From Candidatus Zhuqueibacterota bacterium (GTDB lineage Bacteria; Zhuqueibacterota; Zhuqueibacteria; Oceanimicrobiales; Oceanimicrobiaceae), in the NCBI GenBank assembly GCA_022562085.1, contig JADFPY010000002.1, positions 1 to 51,991 on the forward strand: DNA of 51,991 nt. Direction: 5' to 3'. The position numbers and the translations under genes were made by a program. This document shows, one piece after another, positions 27,553 through 36,324 of the stretch (its first letter is position 1; each line of letters begins with the position of its first letter). Below the pieces are notes generated by a model. It searched no databases. It was not told the origin of the DNA and saw nothing but the letters and a program-made list of their open reading frames with translations.

Positions 27553-28662
27553 CTAAGAGTCGTTTATTGCGCTTCTACTGAAACTGCCTTGCAGCTTCCT
27601 TAGCCAGCGCGAGAACCGTCCACGCTCTGGCAACCCGGTGCCGTTTATTTCTGCAACTAACTTCTTAAATACCGGTGAATATAGCTGAGGGCGATCGCCG
27701 GTCATAACAACATAATTCCGTCTGACGAGATCATCAAGGACGTATACTTTGGCTTTGTCAATTCGCTTTGACTTCATTAGGAGTTTGAAGATTTCCTTCT
27801 GGTCGTCGTTAAACGATTGCCATAAGGATTTGAAATAGCTTTCAACTTCAGCGCAAAACCTGGCCTCCCACACCCTCAGGTCAGCCGGCTCAAGGCTGGC
27901 ACGCGCCACCTTCATATCAAAAAGGATACTGCAAGCCGCTTGCAGCATAAAGGGAAAATGGCCAGCCATATTGAGGATCAGCTTGCGTTCGGAATTCACG
28001 GATAGACCGGCTCTATGAAATGGTTCCTCTATGAGCTGTATCGCTTCATCTTGTTCAAAGGGCTTCAGGGTGACATTTGTAAAAATGTTAAAGAATGGCG
28101 ATTCCTCTATATCTTTGGAAACACAGAGTTTTTGTAAATCCATAAAAGATGACGTGACAAAAGCCAGATTGAAGTTATTCGCCAATGAACGCAAGAATGA
28201 AAAAAACTCGAGCGGAAAAGTTTCGTTTTGAGTAATCAGATGAAAATCATCGAAGAACAGGATGATCTTCTTGTCTTTTTGATTCAGGTTTTCGATGATG
28301 CTCTTGAACAAATCATAACTGGGTTCGGCTTCTCTGATCTCAGTTATCACTTTGGTTTTTTGAGAAATACCGTTGCATAGAGAGATGTAGAAATTTTTAA
28401 AGGAGAGGTTCCTTTCCAACCTGATGGGCATATAAAAGTAGATATAGTCATCAGGGTTCTTAAGCCACGTTCGTCTCGTCTCTTCGAGCGCCAGATACCA
28501 CAAGAGGGAAGATTTCCCAATCTTTGGCTCACCAACGACTGAGATAGACTGCGGGCGGTCCGCGCCAATACGTGAGTAAATCTTCGTAAGCACATTGGTC
28601 CGTCCAAAGAAAAGATCGCGGTTTGTAACAGGGCTTTTGTAATCGTAAAGGTTTTGCATCAT
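27553..28662 (-). CDS. Stand-alone Arch_ATPase/STAND-like P-loop ATPase (module copy 3)
   Basis: LFFGRTNVLTKIYSRIGADRPQSISVVGEPKIGKSSLLWYL (Walker A nt 28510-28533). Walker B IILFFDDFH. SPFFNIFTN, AGHFPFMLQ, and the winged-helix-like LDDLVRRNYVVM. The ATG overlaps the upstream stop by 1 nt (TAATG). Confidence 0.8.
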   Translation of the reverse strand: MMQNLYDYKSPVTNRDLFFGRTNVLTKIYSRIGADRPQSISVVGEPKIGKSSLLWYLALEETRRTWLKNPDDYIYFYMPIRLERNLSFKNFYISLCNGISQKTKVITEIREAEPSYDLFKSIIENLNQKDKKIILFFDDFHLITQNETFPLEFFSFLRSLANNFNLAFVTSSFMDLQKLCVSKDIEESPFFNIFTNVTLKPFEQDEAIQLIEEPFHRAGLSVNSERKLILNMAGHFPFMLQAACSILFDMKVARASLEPADLRVWEARFCAEVESYFKSLWQSFNDDQKEIFKLLMKSKRIDKAKVYVLDDLVRRNYVVMTGDRPQLYSPVFKKLVAEINGTGLPERGRFSRWLRKLQGSFSRSAINDS

Positions 28663-29972
28663 TAGAAACCGAGCTGAAAACCCACCGTTGCAATAAAGTC
28701 TGATCTCAGCCCACCAGCATTGAGAGGAACTATTATATTGCCAATCAAGATAAACTCTGGCTTGGGGTTAAACTTTAGACCCAGTGAAGCATTCAGGTTA
28801 TGGTCATGAGAAAAACTGGGAATATTCGTCAACATCACTTCCCGCACGGCATTCCCGGCCGGTCGCTCTAAGGTGACGGACTTTCCGAATCGCAGCTCTT
28901 CAATTTCATCGCCGATTTCGAATTCGCCCAGGAAATCTACAGATAATGTCAGCCATGTTGCCAACTTTTGATCATAACCGACAAAAAGTTCGATTTCATC
29001 GGGATCGAGATCGTTGTTTCGGCGGTCGTAGGTCAAATTCAGGTGGGGTCCAAAATTCCCAATAATGGCCGAGGCGATCAGCATCGCCCGAAAACTTGAG
29101 TGGCCAGTGCCCAGGAAGTTTTCTTCATCGCCCGTTGCGGCACGATACTCAAGCAAGCCCGCGAGACCAAGCGTCTTCCCGCGAAGAAAGCTATACTTGG
29201 CACGAAGAGCGATATCACCGATGCCCGCATCATCATCATTTAGAGAAGTTGGCCTCAGCGATAGGATGGGGTCCGACGGGGTACCGCCGGGAAAACTATG
29301 GTTTGCCGTATCGTTGCTAACAAAGGTGAAGCTATTTATTCGAGCGATGGGATCAGCGTTTACACTGACATTGACGAACGGCACAGCAATGCTGATATCA
29401 AAATGATTCGTGATGCCCGCCGTCAGGTTGAACGAAACAATGGTCGCGTTCAAATCCAAATTCATGAAAAGATCAATGGTATCGAATTCATTGTCAGAGT
29501 CGCCAAGGCCGGGCGCTCCCACATCCTGGTGGGTAAAGGTAAAGCGAATGTCTTCAGTCTTGAGACCCCGGAGTTTAGAGAAGTTGAGAACACTTAGGTT
29601 GAGCCCCAGACTGAACCGGCCCTTGCCCAAGGTTTGCGCTCGTTCAGAAAAGATTGGGCCCATGCTCGTAGTCGTACTCACGGGCTGACCGGTACTAAAA
29701 TCGAAGGTCAAACCAGCTTCAGTAGAACCGAGTGGAAAGGAGGCGATATTTGCAGCAATGAAGCTGGCAAATGAGTTTATGGTCGCCTCGCTCAACGCCA
29801 CGTTGTCCGCCCTAAAATGGGTCCCGTGTTCCCCGGGGCCGGCGAGTTCGATCTCCAGAACTTCACCGAAGATATTACCTATTTTATCCCGTAAACTTTG
29901 GCCAACAACGGTCTGTGACGGAGCCAGCGCTACAATAAGCCACACCGCCACAACCAATCGATTTGAGTGCAT
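28662..29972 (-). CDS. Putative outer-membrane beta-barrel protein (MetA-pathway/phenol-degradation-like transporter family is a guess)
   Basis: Signal peptide MHSNRLVVAVWLIVALAPSQTVVGQ with AGGAGG upstream. Alternating hydrophobic beta-strand pattern throughout. GIGDIALRAKY motif. C-terminal ...TVGFQLGF ends in Phe, as in OMP sorting signals. Confidence 0.6.
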   Translation of the reverse strand: MHSNRLVVAVWLIVALAPSQTVVGQSLRDKIGNIFGEVLEIELAGPGEHGTHFRADNVALSEATINSFASFIAANIASFPLGSTEAGLTFDFSTGQPVSTTTSMGPIFSERAQTLGKGRFSLGLNLSVLNFSKLRGLKTEDIRFTFTHQDVGAPGLGDSDNEFDTIDLFMNLDLNATIVSFNLTAGITNHFDISIAVPFVNVSVNADPIARINSFTFVSNDTANHSFPGGTPSDPILSLRPTSLNDDDAGIGDIALRAKYSFLRGKTLGLAGLLEYRAATGDEENFLGTGHSSFRAMLIASAIIGNFGPHLNLTYDRRNNDLDPDEIELFVGYDQKLATWLTLSVDFLGEFEIGDEIEELRFGKSVTLERPAGNAVREVMLTNIPSFSHDHNLNASLGLKFNPKPEFILIGNIIVPLNAGGLRSDFIATVGFQLGF

Positions 29973-29995
29973 TTTTCTCCTCCTTTTGTTTTCGG

Positions 29996-32446
29996 TTACC
30001 CACCTCGGCTGATGTTAGAGATAAGCCAAGTAGTGCTTGCTTCAGCGAGTTGAATCTGCCATGTAAAGCGATTGTCAGAATTGACGAAGCCACTATACTT
30101 CAGGCGAACATCTACAGAAGTCGTAACGCCATTTTCGCGAAAGGTAAATTTCTCGATCGACAATTGGGCTTCAATATTATCCACGGTTTTGAACACCTGA
30201 GACCATTGTGTTTCCATCTTTTTAGTGAAGTTCACATAGAGACTTTTTAACGACTGAATATCCTTATTTTCCAGAGCTTGTCCATATTGGGCAATTACAG
30301 ATCGGATATTTTTTATTTGGCCTTTGCGCACGACGATACTGGCTTCATAAAATTGTTGAGCTCGTCGATAGCTCTGGACAGCCGCGGTAGCGTCCCCACT
30401 TTGCAATTGCGACTCGCCGTTCCTTTCCGCCTTTGCGGCCTGCTGATAGTCATCCAAAAATACATACTGTTCGTCAAGCTGGCCCTTTATTTTCTGGAGA
30501 CTCTTCCGAAGTGCCTCGGCTTGTGTGGCAAAGTTGGCGGAAGCCGTACGTGCTTCTGCGGCGGCAGATAAGTATAGTTGCTGGGCGTGCTGAAAATCGG
30601 TACTCGCCGTCTGAAACCGCTTTTTAGAAAAGGAGCGTCTCGCTGCTCTCTCTTTTTGCCTGGCGGCGTTAAAAGACTTTTCCGCAAGCGCGGCCGCGGA
30701 AACCTTTTCTGCTGCCGTTTTGGCACTGCTCATCCTATTCCGCCAGCTTATTGCCTGGCTTTGAGCAGCGGCCGTTCGACTCCTGGCATCCTCTCCCGCT
30801 TTAACACGGGCCTGCTCGATTGCTTCCTCTTTTTCAGCGCGATCGACCGATTCTTCGAATTTTTCTTTGGCGCGCTGGAACAAATCTATTGCACTGGTAT
30901 AATCAAGCTGATCAAAAACTGTAAGCCCTTGTTGTTTCAACTGCAAACCGGAGTCAAAGGATGCTTCGGCATACTTGGAAGCATTTTTCTGAACGGCTTG
31001 CTCCTCGGCGATCTCCATGGCTTCTCGCGCTTTCCCTGCCGACTCCAGATCGTTCAATTCAGCCGGAGGTTCTGCGGTCTTGATTTCGGACGGTGGTATG
31101 ATAGTTTGAAACCGCTCCTTTAGCTCCGGCAGAAACCGCGTTATCAGGATACCGAACAAAGTGGCAACCACGACGACTACCGGCCATTTTCTCCGTCTCC
31201 TTTTCGTCGGGCCACGACTTGTCTGGCTTGGAATACCTTGGTCGGTACTGACTTCCACTGGCGCCCTTTTCTCTTCGGTTAGGTCAGACCCGACATCTTT
31301 GATAACGCTCCAGATCGAGTGATCACGTTTTATCCACCCTCTAAAGAGATCCATCTTGAAACTGTAGCCGTCGTCAGTCTTATTGACAAACTGACTGTGG
31401 AACAGACTTTCCAGAGTCGTGTTGATGGCTTGTACACTTGCATTAATACCGAGCTCGCGTTTTTTGCATCGTTTTTCGATCTGCTTGGCTTCTACGGAGG
31501 TATTCTCATCTTTCAGCAATTCCGCCATAAGAGAAAGAACGAGTTTCTTATTATTGGACAGGCTGTTCCAGAAGTAGATCATCTGAGGGAGAGGGTTTTC
31601 CATGATTTCATCAGCGATCACTTTCAAATCTTGCTTGTCGACGTGATTTTTTTCCTTGTCATTCAAATGATCAACAATGTTCTGACAAACCACCTGGGTA
31701 TAAAATGGCTGTCCGGCAGTGAGCCGGCGGATGGCGTCAAGGGCATCATCTTCATAGCTCACATAGTCCGGAACTGGCTCCGTAATCAATCGCAGCGTAT
31801 CTCGCTCAGAGAGAAAACTGACATTACGATAGAGGGACTTGGGAAGCATGATCGACCAGTATTTGCTTTCCCGGTCATCTAACCGCGTCGAGCCGGTCAA
31901 AATATAAGAGACTTTGCGTTCGCTCTCCAGGATGCCGGCCAAGAAAGGGACCAAATTTGCGCTTAGACTGCCTTCATCGATTTTCGATTCGATCAACTCG
32001 TACTCATCAATCAGAAAGAGTATCTTCTTATCCGGATTGAGCGTTTGCACATCATCGAGTAGCTTGTCGAATACTTTGTAGGGATTTTCCTTTTGGGACA
32101 GGAAATCATAGTCGTTAAGATCGATCTTGTCATCCTGCAGACATTTGACGGTTTCCTTGGCGACTTTTTCGAAAAACTCCGCGTCATTTTTTAGACCGGC
32201 CATGGTTTGCATGTCCACCAGAATGGGAAGAAAGCTCGTCCCCAATTCTCCATTTAAGATTTGAAACAAAATAGAAGTTTTTCCGCTTCGCCGTTCCCCA
32301 CAGAATACGATGACAAAACTCTGATCCCCCGCCTCGAGTTTGCGTTTTACAAAATCAAAGTCGTCAGCTCGGCCATAGAACATCTCTCTGGATTTAATAG
32401 GGTTGCCGACAATGTACGGATTGGGAATGGGCTTGAATTCAGACAT
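29996..32446 (-). CDS. Arch_ATPase/STAND-like ATPase (module copy 4) + single TM helix + three helical Ala/Gln-rich repeats + C-terminal NTF2/SnoaL-like domain
   Basis: ORF 29996..32578; preferred ATG at 32446 (MSEFKPIPNPYIVGNPI...). FYGRADDF, GERRSGKT (nt 32276-32299), Walker B ILFLIDEYE, AGQPFYTQ. TM helix RRRRKWPVVVVVATLFGILITRFL (about nt 31130-31190). Repeats have the form A..A...F..A...(Y/F)..A...F..A. The C-terminus IAQYGQALENKDIQSLKSLY...WLISNI is NTF2-like. Confidence 0.75.
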   Translation of the reverse strand: MSEFKPIPNPYIVGNPIKSREMFYGRADDFDFVKRKLEAGDQSFVIVFCGERRSGKTSILFQILNGELGTSFLPILVDMQTMAGLKNDAEFFEKVAKETVKCLQDDKIDLNDYDFLSQKENPYKVFDKLLDDVQTLNPDKKILFLIDEYELIESKIDEGSLSANLVPFLAGILESERKVSYILTGSTRLDDRESKYWSIMLPKSLYRNVSFLSERDTLRLITEPVPDYVSYEDDALDAIRRLTAGQPFYTQVVCQNIVDHLNDKEKNHVDKQDLKVIADEIMENPLPQMIYFWNSLSNNKKLVLSLMAELLKDENTSVEAKQIEKRCKKRELGINASVQAINTTLESLFHSQFVNKTDDGYSFKMDLFRGWIKRDHSIWSVIKDVGSDLTEEKRAPVEVSTDQGIPSQTSRGPTKRRRRKWPVVVVVATLFGILITRFLPELKERFQTIIPPSEIKTAEPPAELNDLESAGKAREAMEIAEEQAVQKNASKYAEASFDSGLQLKQQGLTVFDQLDYTSAIDLFQRAKEKFEESVDRAEKEEAIEQARVKAGEDARSRTAAAQSQAISWRNRMSSAKTAAEKVSAAALAEKSFNAARQKERAARRSFSKKRFQTASTDFQHAQQLYLSAAAEARTASANFATQAEALRKSLQKIKGQLDEQYVFLDDYQQAAKAERNGESQLQSGDATAAVQSYRRAQQFYEASIVVRKGQIKNIRSVIAQYGQALENKDIQSLKSLYVNFTKKMETQWSQVFKTVDNIEAQLSIEKFTFRENGVTTSVDVRLKYSGFVNSDNRFTWQIQLAEASTTWLISNISRGG

Positions 32447-32747
32447 AGAGTGTTCTTGTAGAAGGTTCACAAAGAAGCTTAAGCCGCGAGCCCAATAATG
32501 CCCGAGCTGCTGTCTTCGCTTCGGAATGAGTACTTTGTTTAGACACCAAAGACGGGTTAGGTCCTGTCGATTAAACAAACATAATTTTTCAACTTGCCAT
32601 CTCGATCACCGATGGCAAGCGGAGACCAGAAAAATATCTCAATTTAAAAGTACGAAAAGTTCAACATCATGTCAATAAAAATATAGGTTTTCTAAGGCAT
32701 GGGGACTAAGTAAGTAGCACAACATTTCTTACAGAGAATCTGGGAAA

Positions 32748-33475
32748 CTAATGAGCTTGACAGCTTATTACCTTTGCCCCCTGTTTAATACTAAAACAGA
32801 ATCCTAGCCACAACCCATGGTGAGACAGGCTGATATCAATTTCAGTCTGTTTATTATCCAATAATAGAAAAGGCGGTTGCGGCCTACGTGCTTTAGAAGG
32901 ACGAATAATTTGCAGCCGCGATGGCGCAACTTTTAGTTCTTTTGCTACTAATTTCTTGCAATGAAAGCGTACCAGAGCCGATTCCGCATGATGGATTGAA
33001 ACGAGTTCTTCTTTTGTAAAATGTTCCGACCAACTGTTCGGATTTTGCCAATCCTTTAACTCAGAATGCGTTACCTGATGCACCTTTTCGCTCAATAAAT
33101 AGTTTGGCAGCTCACTGGTATTTGCATGCGCGCCAACGGCATGAATGTAATTTATATTGGTAGCTAATTCTATTTGAAATTGCCGCGCATCATAAACAAC
33201 TTCAAATTTAGACTTTGATTTCGAAATTTTTTGTATGAAAAGACCGGAGGCCTGGTTATTTTTGAAATGATTTTGTAGGCAGTTTCTTTGGCTGCCCAGA
33301 ACATCCAGAGGGTTAAATCAGGATTTTCTGAGAGCGAAATAGCGGATTTTTCTTCACGGCTGAAAACTCTTTCAACAAAGCGGGCACTATAAAATTTACC
33401 TGTGATGCCCGCTTCGTTTAAATCAACAATATCATTGCCTAACAGTAGCAAAATAAGCCTGTTCCATGAGTCCAA
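32748..33475 (-). pseudogene. 4'-phosphopantetheinyl transferase superfamily gene interrupted by a frameshift in an A6 run
   Basis: The upstream frame (33170..33475) carries LGNDIVDL and WAAKETAYKI. The downstream frame is open from 33317 to 32748. It carries KFEVVYDARQF...NYIHAVGAH, FTKEEL, and IDISLSHHGLW. The two frames can be joined by 1 nt at the run T6/A6 at 33227-33232. Confidence 0.6.
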
Positions 33476-34181
33476 GCTTGCTTATTATTTGGATGGCGAC
33501 ATCCCTTGTAGCGCGTAAACCAGAGTACCTGCTCCGGGGTCTTATGAGTTCCATATCGACATAGAAACGTGCGCCTCGAGGCGGAATGCTGCTGTATTCT
33601 TCTTGATTATGGCCACGTAAATACACACACAAGACATTGCAATCTGTAAACTTATTTACTAATCTACCAACACCGTAAGTGAGACTACCCAAATCAATTC
33701 TACCGGTTCTACTTCTACTGCCTTCGGGAAAGACAGTTATTGTATGGCCTTTTTTGAGAAGGTAGATTACTTTATCGAGAGATTTTTTTACGGCGCTTCT
33801 GCTACCACCTCGATCAATTGGAACACAACTACCGAGATAGCATAAAATCCGTAAAATAAAATTTTGATGGATGTTAGCCCGCTCTGGTAAATTCCATGAG
33901 AAAATTTTAAAAGAGCGCATATAGGAAAATATTGAAGCCAGACTCCAGTTCAAGATAACCGAATCTATTTTTGTAAGGTGATTTGAACACACAATTATTG
34001 GACCTTCCACGCTTCGCTTAAGTTGTTTATAATGTCTACGAATTTCACGCAATTGTTGAACTTTATATCTGCAAACGAAACGCATGAAAGCAATGTAAAA
34101 CGTACCCCAAAACGGAAAGGTGATCCAGCCAACAAGGTACTGAATTTTCAAAGCAAACTTTTCTTTGAACTTCAAGTCCAT
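33432..34181 (-). CDS. Lysophospholipid (1-acyl-sn-glycerol-3-phosphate-type) acyltransferase, PlsC/LPLAT family
   Basis: HX4D motif CSNHLTKIDS. Motif III VFPEGSRSRTG. N-terminal hydrophobic anchor. Confidence 0.8.
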   Translation of the reverse strand: MDLKFKEKFALKIQYLVGWITFPFWGTFYIAFMRFVCRYKVQQLREIRRHYKQLKRSVEGPIIVCSNHLTKIDSVILNWSLASIFSYMRSFKIFSWNLPERANIHQNFILRILCYLGSCVPIDRGGSRSAVKKSLDKVIYLLKKGHTITVFPEGSRSRTGRIDLGSLTYGVGRLVNKFTDCNVLCVYLRGHNQEEYSSIPPRGARFYVDMELIRPRSRYSGLRATRDVAIQIISKLGLMEQAYFATVRQ

Positions 34182-34197
34182 AACACAAACTCACTAC

Positions 34198-34443
34198 TCA
34201 TATTTTAGCCAAAATCAAATTCACACCATCTCCAACAGTGGTTACGTTGTCTGCATCATCATCGTCAACTTCAATGTCAAATACATCTTCAAAATCAAGT
34301 ACAATGTCTACCAGTCTGGCAGAATTTATTTTTAACTCATCTAAAATTGACGTCTCCATTGAAATGTTTTCCATTTTAATTTCAGCTTTACTATATTTGC
34401 TCAAAATATCGACGATTTTTTTAAAGACTTCATCTTTAGTCAT
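34198..34443 (-). CDS. Acyl carrier protein
   Basis: 81 aa and acidic. The phosphopantetheine Ser context LDELKINSARLVDIVLDFEDVFDIEV corresponds to the DSL-helix II motif. Confidence 0.75.
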   Translation of the reverse strand: MTKDEVFKKIVDILSKYSKAEIKMENISMETSILDELKINSARLVDIVLDFEDVFDIEVDDDDADNVTTVGDGVNLILAKI

Positions 34444-34494
34444 TTTTAAAATCTCCTTAAGGATGTTTAAATATCTTTTTGTTTTTTTTATTGT

Positions 34495-35772
34495 TTACGC
34501 TTGCCATTTTTTGAACAAAACACAGGCATTAACATCGCCAAAGCCGAAGCTGGCCTTTGCCTGAATTTTCAGTTCCGGCGTTTCTCTGGTTTGCTGGACG
34601 ATGCTGTCGGAATATGGCAATAATTCTGCATGCAAATCTTCACAATTAACCGACCCATGAACAAAGCCTTTGTACACCTGAAGTACACATGCTATGGATT
34701 CCAAACCACCTGCCGCGCCCAGGCAATGGCCGAGCAGCGATTTGGTAGCATTTATAAGTGGGAAATTCCGTTCAGCTCTGCCCAATGCTTTTGCCCAGTT
34801 TTTAATTTCATGCGGATCGGCAAATGTGGCTGTTAAATGCCCGTTGATAGCGTCTACCTGGCTGCCTTCGATCCCGGCATCAATCAGGGCATTCTGAACA
34901 CATCGCTGAACACCGACTGGGTTTGGAGCAGTCATACTGCCGCCCATTCTGTGGCCGCCACAATTGATAGCTCCACCAATGATTTCAGCATAAATTTCTG
35001 CGCCGCGTTCCAGGGCGCTGTCCAAACTTTCAATCATTAAAATTCCGGCGCCGGCGCCTGGAATAAACCCAGCGGCACTTGCACTCATGGGACGGGATGC
35101 TTTAACAGGTTCTTCGTTGCGCGTCCGGGTTAAGACCCGCATAGCATCAAACCCGGCCCAGATATAGGGTGAAGCGCCTTCCGCTCCACCTGCTAACATG
35201 CGTCGAGCCCGACCATGCCGGATTCTGTACATCGCATCGAGAATGGCCTCCGTACCGGTACTGCAGGCACAGCTATTGGTTGTTACTTGATTTCCCAATC
35301 CCAGCAGGCCGCCTATTTTTGCGGAGACGCCGCTTGCCATCACTTGTTCAACAGCGGTGCTGCCAAGGCGTCGACTTTTACCAGCATCTGTTAAGGGAAT
35401 AAGTTTGTCACCTATTGTATCCATCCCCCCAATTCCGGTACCGATGATGGCGCCGGCATCCCAATCCACTTGCTCCGAATCATCTTCAGGCACCTCAAGA
35501 CCAGCATCTTGCCAAGCGTCGATTGCTGAAATTGCTGCATACTTAATGCTTGAATTCATTGCCAGTAGTTGTTCCTCGGTGAAATAACGCGAACAAATAT
35601 CATCAAGTTTCTGCGGAACCCCTGCTACTTGGCAGCCAAATTTTAATTCTTCAAGCTCTGGGATAAACCTGATACCGGATTCACCTTTTTTCAATGCTGT
35701 TTCAAACGCTTCAATACCGTGACCGTTCGGCGCAATAACTCCAAGCCCTGTAACGACAACTCTATTTTTCAT
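34495..35772 (-). CDS. Beta-ketoacyl-ACP synthase I/II (FabB/FabF-like)
   Basis: ORF 34495..35811. Preferred ATG at 35772 (MKNRVVVTGLGVIAPNG) forms an ATGA overlap with the upstream stop. Active-site Cys in TTNSCACSTG. His motifs NGHLTAT and LLGHCLGAAG. Confidence 0.85.
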   Translation of the reverse strand: MKNRVVVTGLGVIAPNGHGIEAFETALKKGESGIRFIPELEELKFGCQVAGVPQKLDDICSRYFTEEQLLAMNSSIKYAAISAIDAWQDAGLEVPEDDSEQVDWDAGAIIGTGIGGMDTIGDKLIPLTDAGKSRRLGSTAVEQVMASGVSAKIGGLLGLGNQVTTNSCACSTGTEAILDAMYRIRHGRARRMLAGGAEGASPYIWAGFDAMRVLTRTRNEEPVKASRPMSASAAGFIPGAGAGILMIESLDSALERGAEIYAEIIGGAINCGGHRMGGSMTAPNPVGVQRCVQNALIDAGIEGSQVDAINGHLTATFADPHEIKNWAKALGRAERNFPLINATKSLLGHCLGAAGGLESIACVLQVYKGFVHGSVNCEDLHAELLPYSDSIVQQTRETPELKIQAKASFGFGDVNACVLFKKWQA

Positions 35773-36227
35773 CTTTGTCTGACCCCCATTCCCGCGATTG
35801 TGCCGCTGCAAACGACCTTGCCATTGTTCAAAGTAATTTCAGCCTCAACCTTGAGTTTTAAACGGCGAAAATATATCTGCTTAGCGCGAATTACAACTCT
35901 ATCTCCCGGCCGTACCAGACCGGTGAATTCAACTTCGGCTTCTGTGAAGAAAGTAAGAGTTTTTTGAATTTCGTCGCGCGTCATTTGTTTAGAAGCCAAA
36001 TAAATTCCATACGCCACAACCCCGGTTTGCGCCATTGTTTCAAGTAGGATCACCCCCGGTGTGACGGGATTGCCTGGGAAATGGCCGGCGTAAAATGTCT
36101 CGTCCGGTTTGAACTTATACGACGAAACAATGCCGTCGTCACTTAATTCAATTATATCGTCGATGAACCGGAATGGTGGCTGCTGTGGCACTAATTCCAA
36201 TATATCTTCTTTGGTAAAATGATTCAT
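35769..36227 (-). CDS. fabZ: 3-hydroxyacyl-ACP dehydratase, FabZ-like hotdog fold
   Basis: PPFRFIDDI and FYAGHFPGNPVTPGVILLETMAQTG are FabZ signatures. 152 aa. Confidence 0.8.
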   Translation of the reverse strand: MNHFTKEDILELVPQQPPFRFIDDIIELSDDGIVSSYKFKPDETFYAGHFPGNPVTPGVILLETMAQTGVVAYGIYLASKQMTRDEIQKTLTFFTEAEVEFTGLVRPGDRVVIRAKQIYFRRLKLKVEAEITLNNGKVVCSGTIAGMGVRQR

Positions 36228-36324
36228 GACTATTTAATTCATCATAGAAATTGAATTTCTTAATTGAAAACTTTGAAAGATACAAATTCTAATAAAAATA
36301 TCAAATGATTTATTAAAATAAACG

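Noticed and set aside
19375-31882. Many 60-190-aa ORFs overlapping the large minus-strand genes, for example 19375-19884, 20124-20648, 24230-24742, 27034-27603, 30578-31123 and 31319-31882
   Set aside because: Each overlaps a CDS with family-specific motifs in another frame or on the other strand. None shows a motif, an RBS or a plausible composition of its own.
32593-32619. 9-bp-stem hairpin CTTGCCATC-N9-GATGGCAAG between the PPTase gene and the first ATPase gene, considered as the terminator separating the lipid cluster from the ATPase block
   Set aside because: No U-tract follows on the minus strand (TTGAAAAATT). I cannot decide whether transcription stops here, so the one-locus versus two-loci question is left open in the findings.
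33224-33235. Programmed -1 ribosomal frameshifting at the A6 run in the PPTase gene
   Set aside because: The run is read AAA-AAA-TTT in the zero frame, not in the X_XXY_YYZ register. I noticed no downstream stimulatory structure. An indel or a sequencing error is the simpler explanation.
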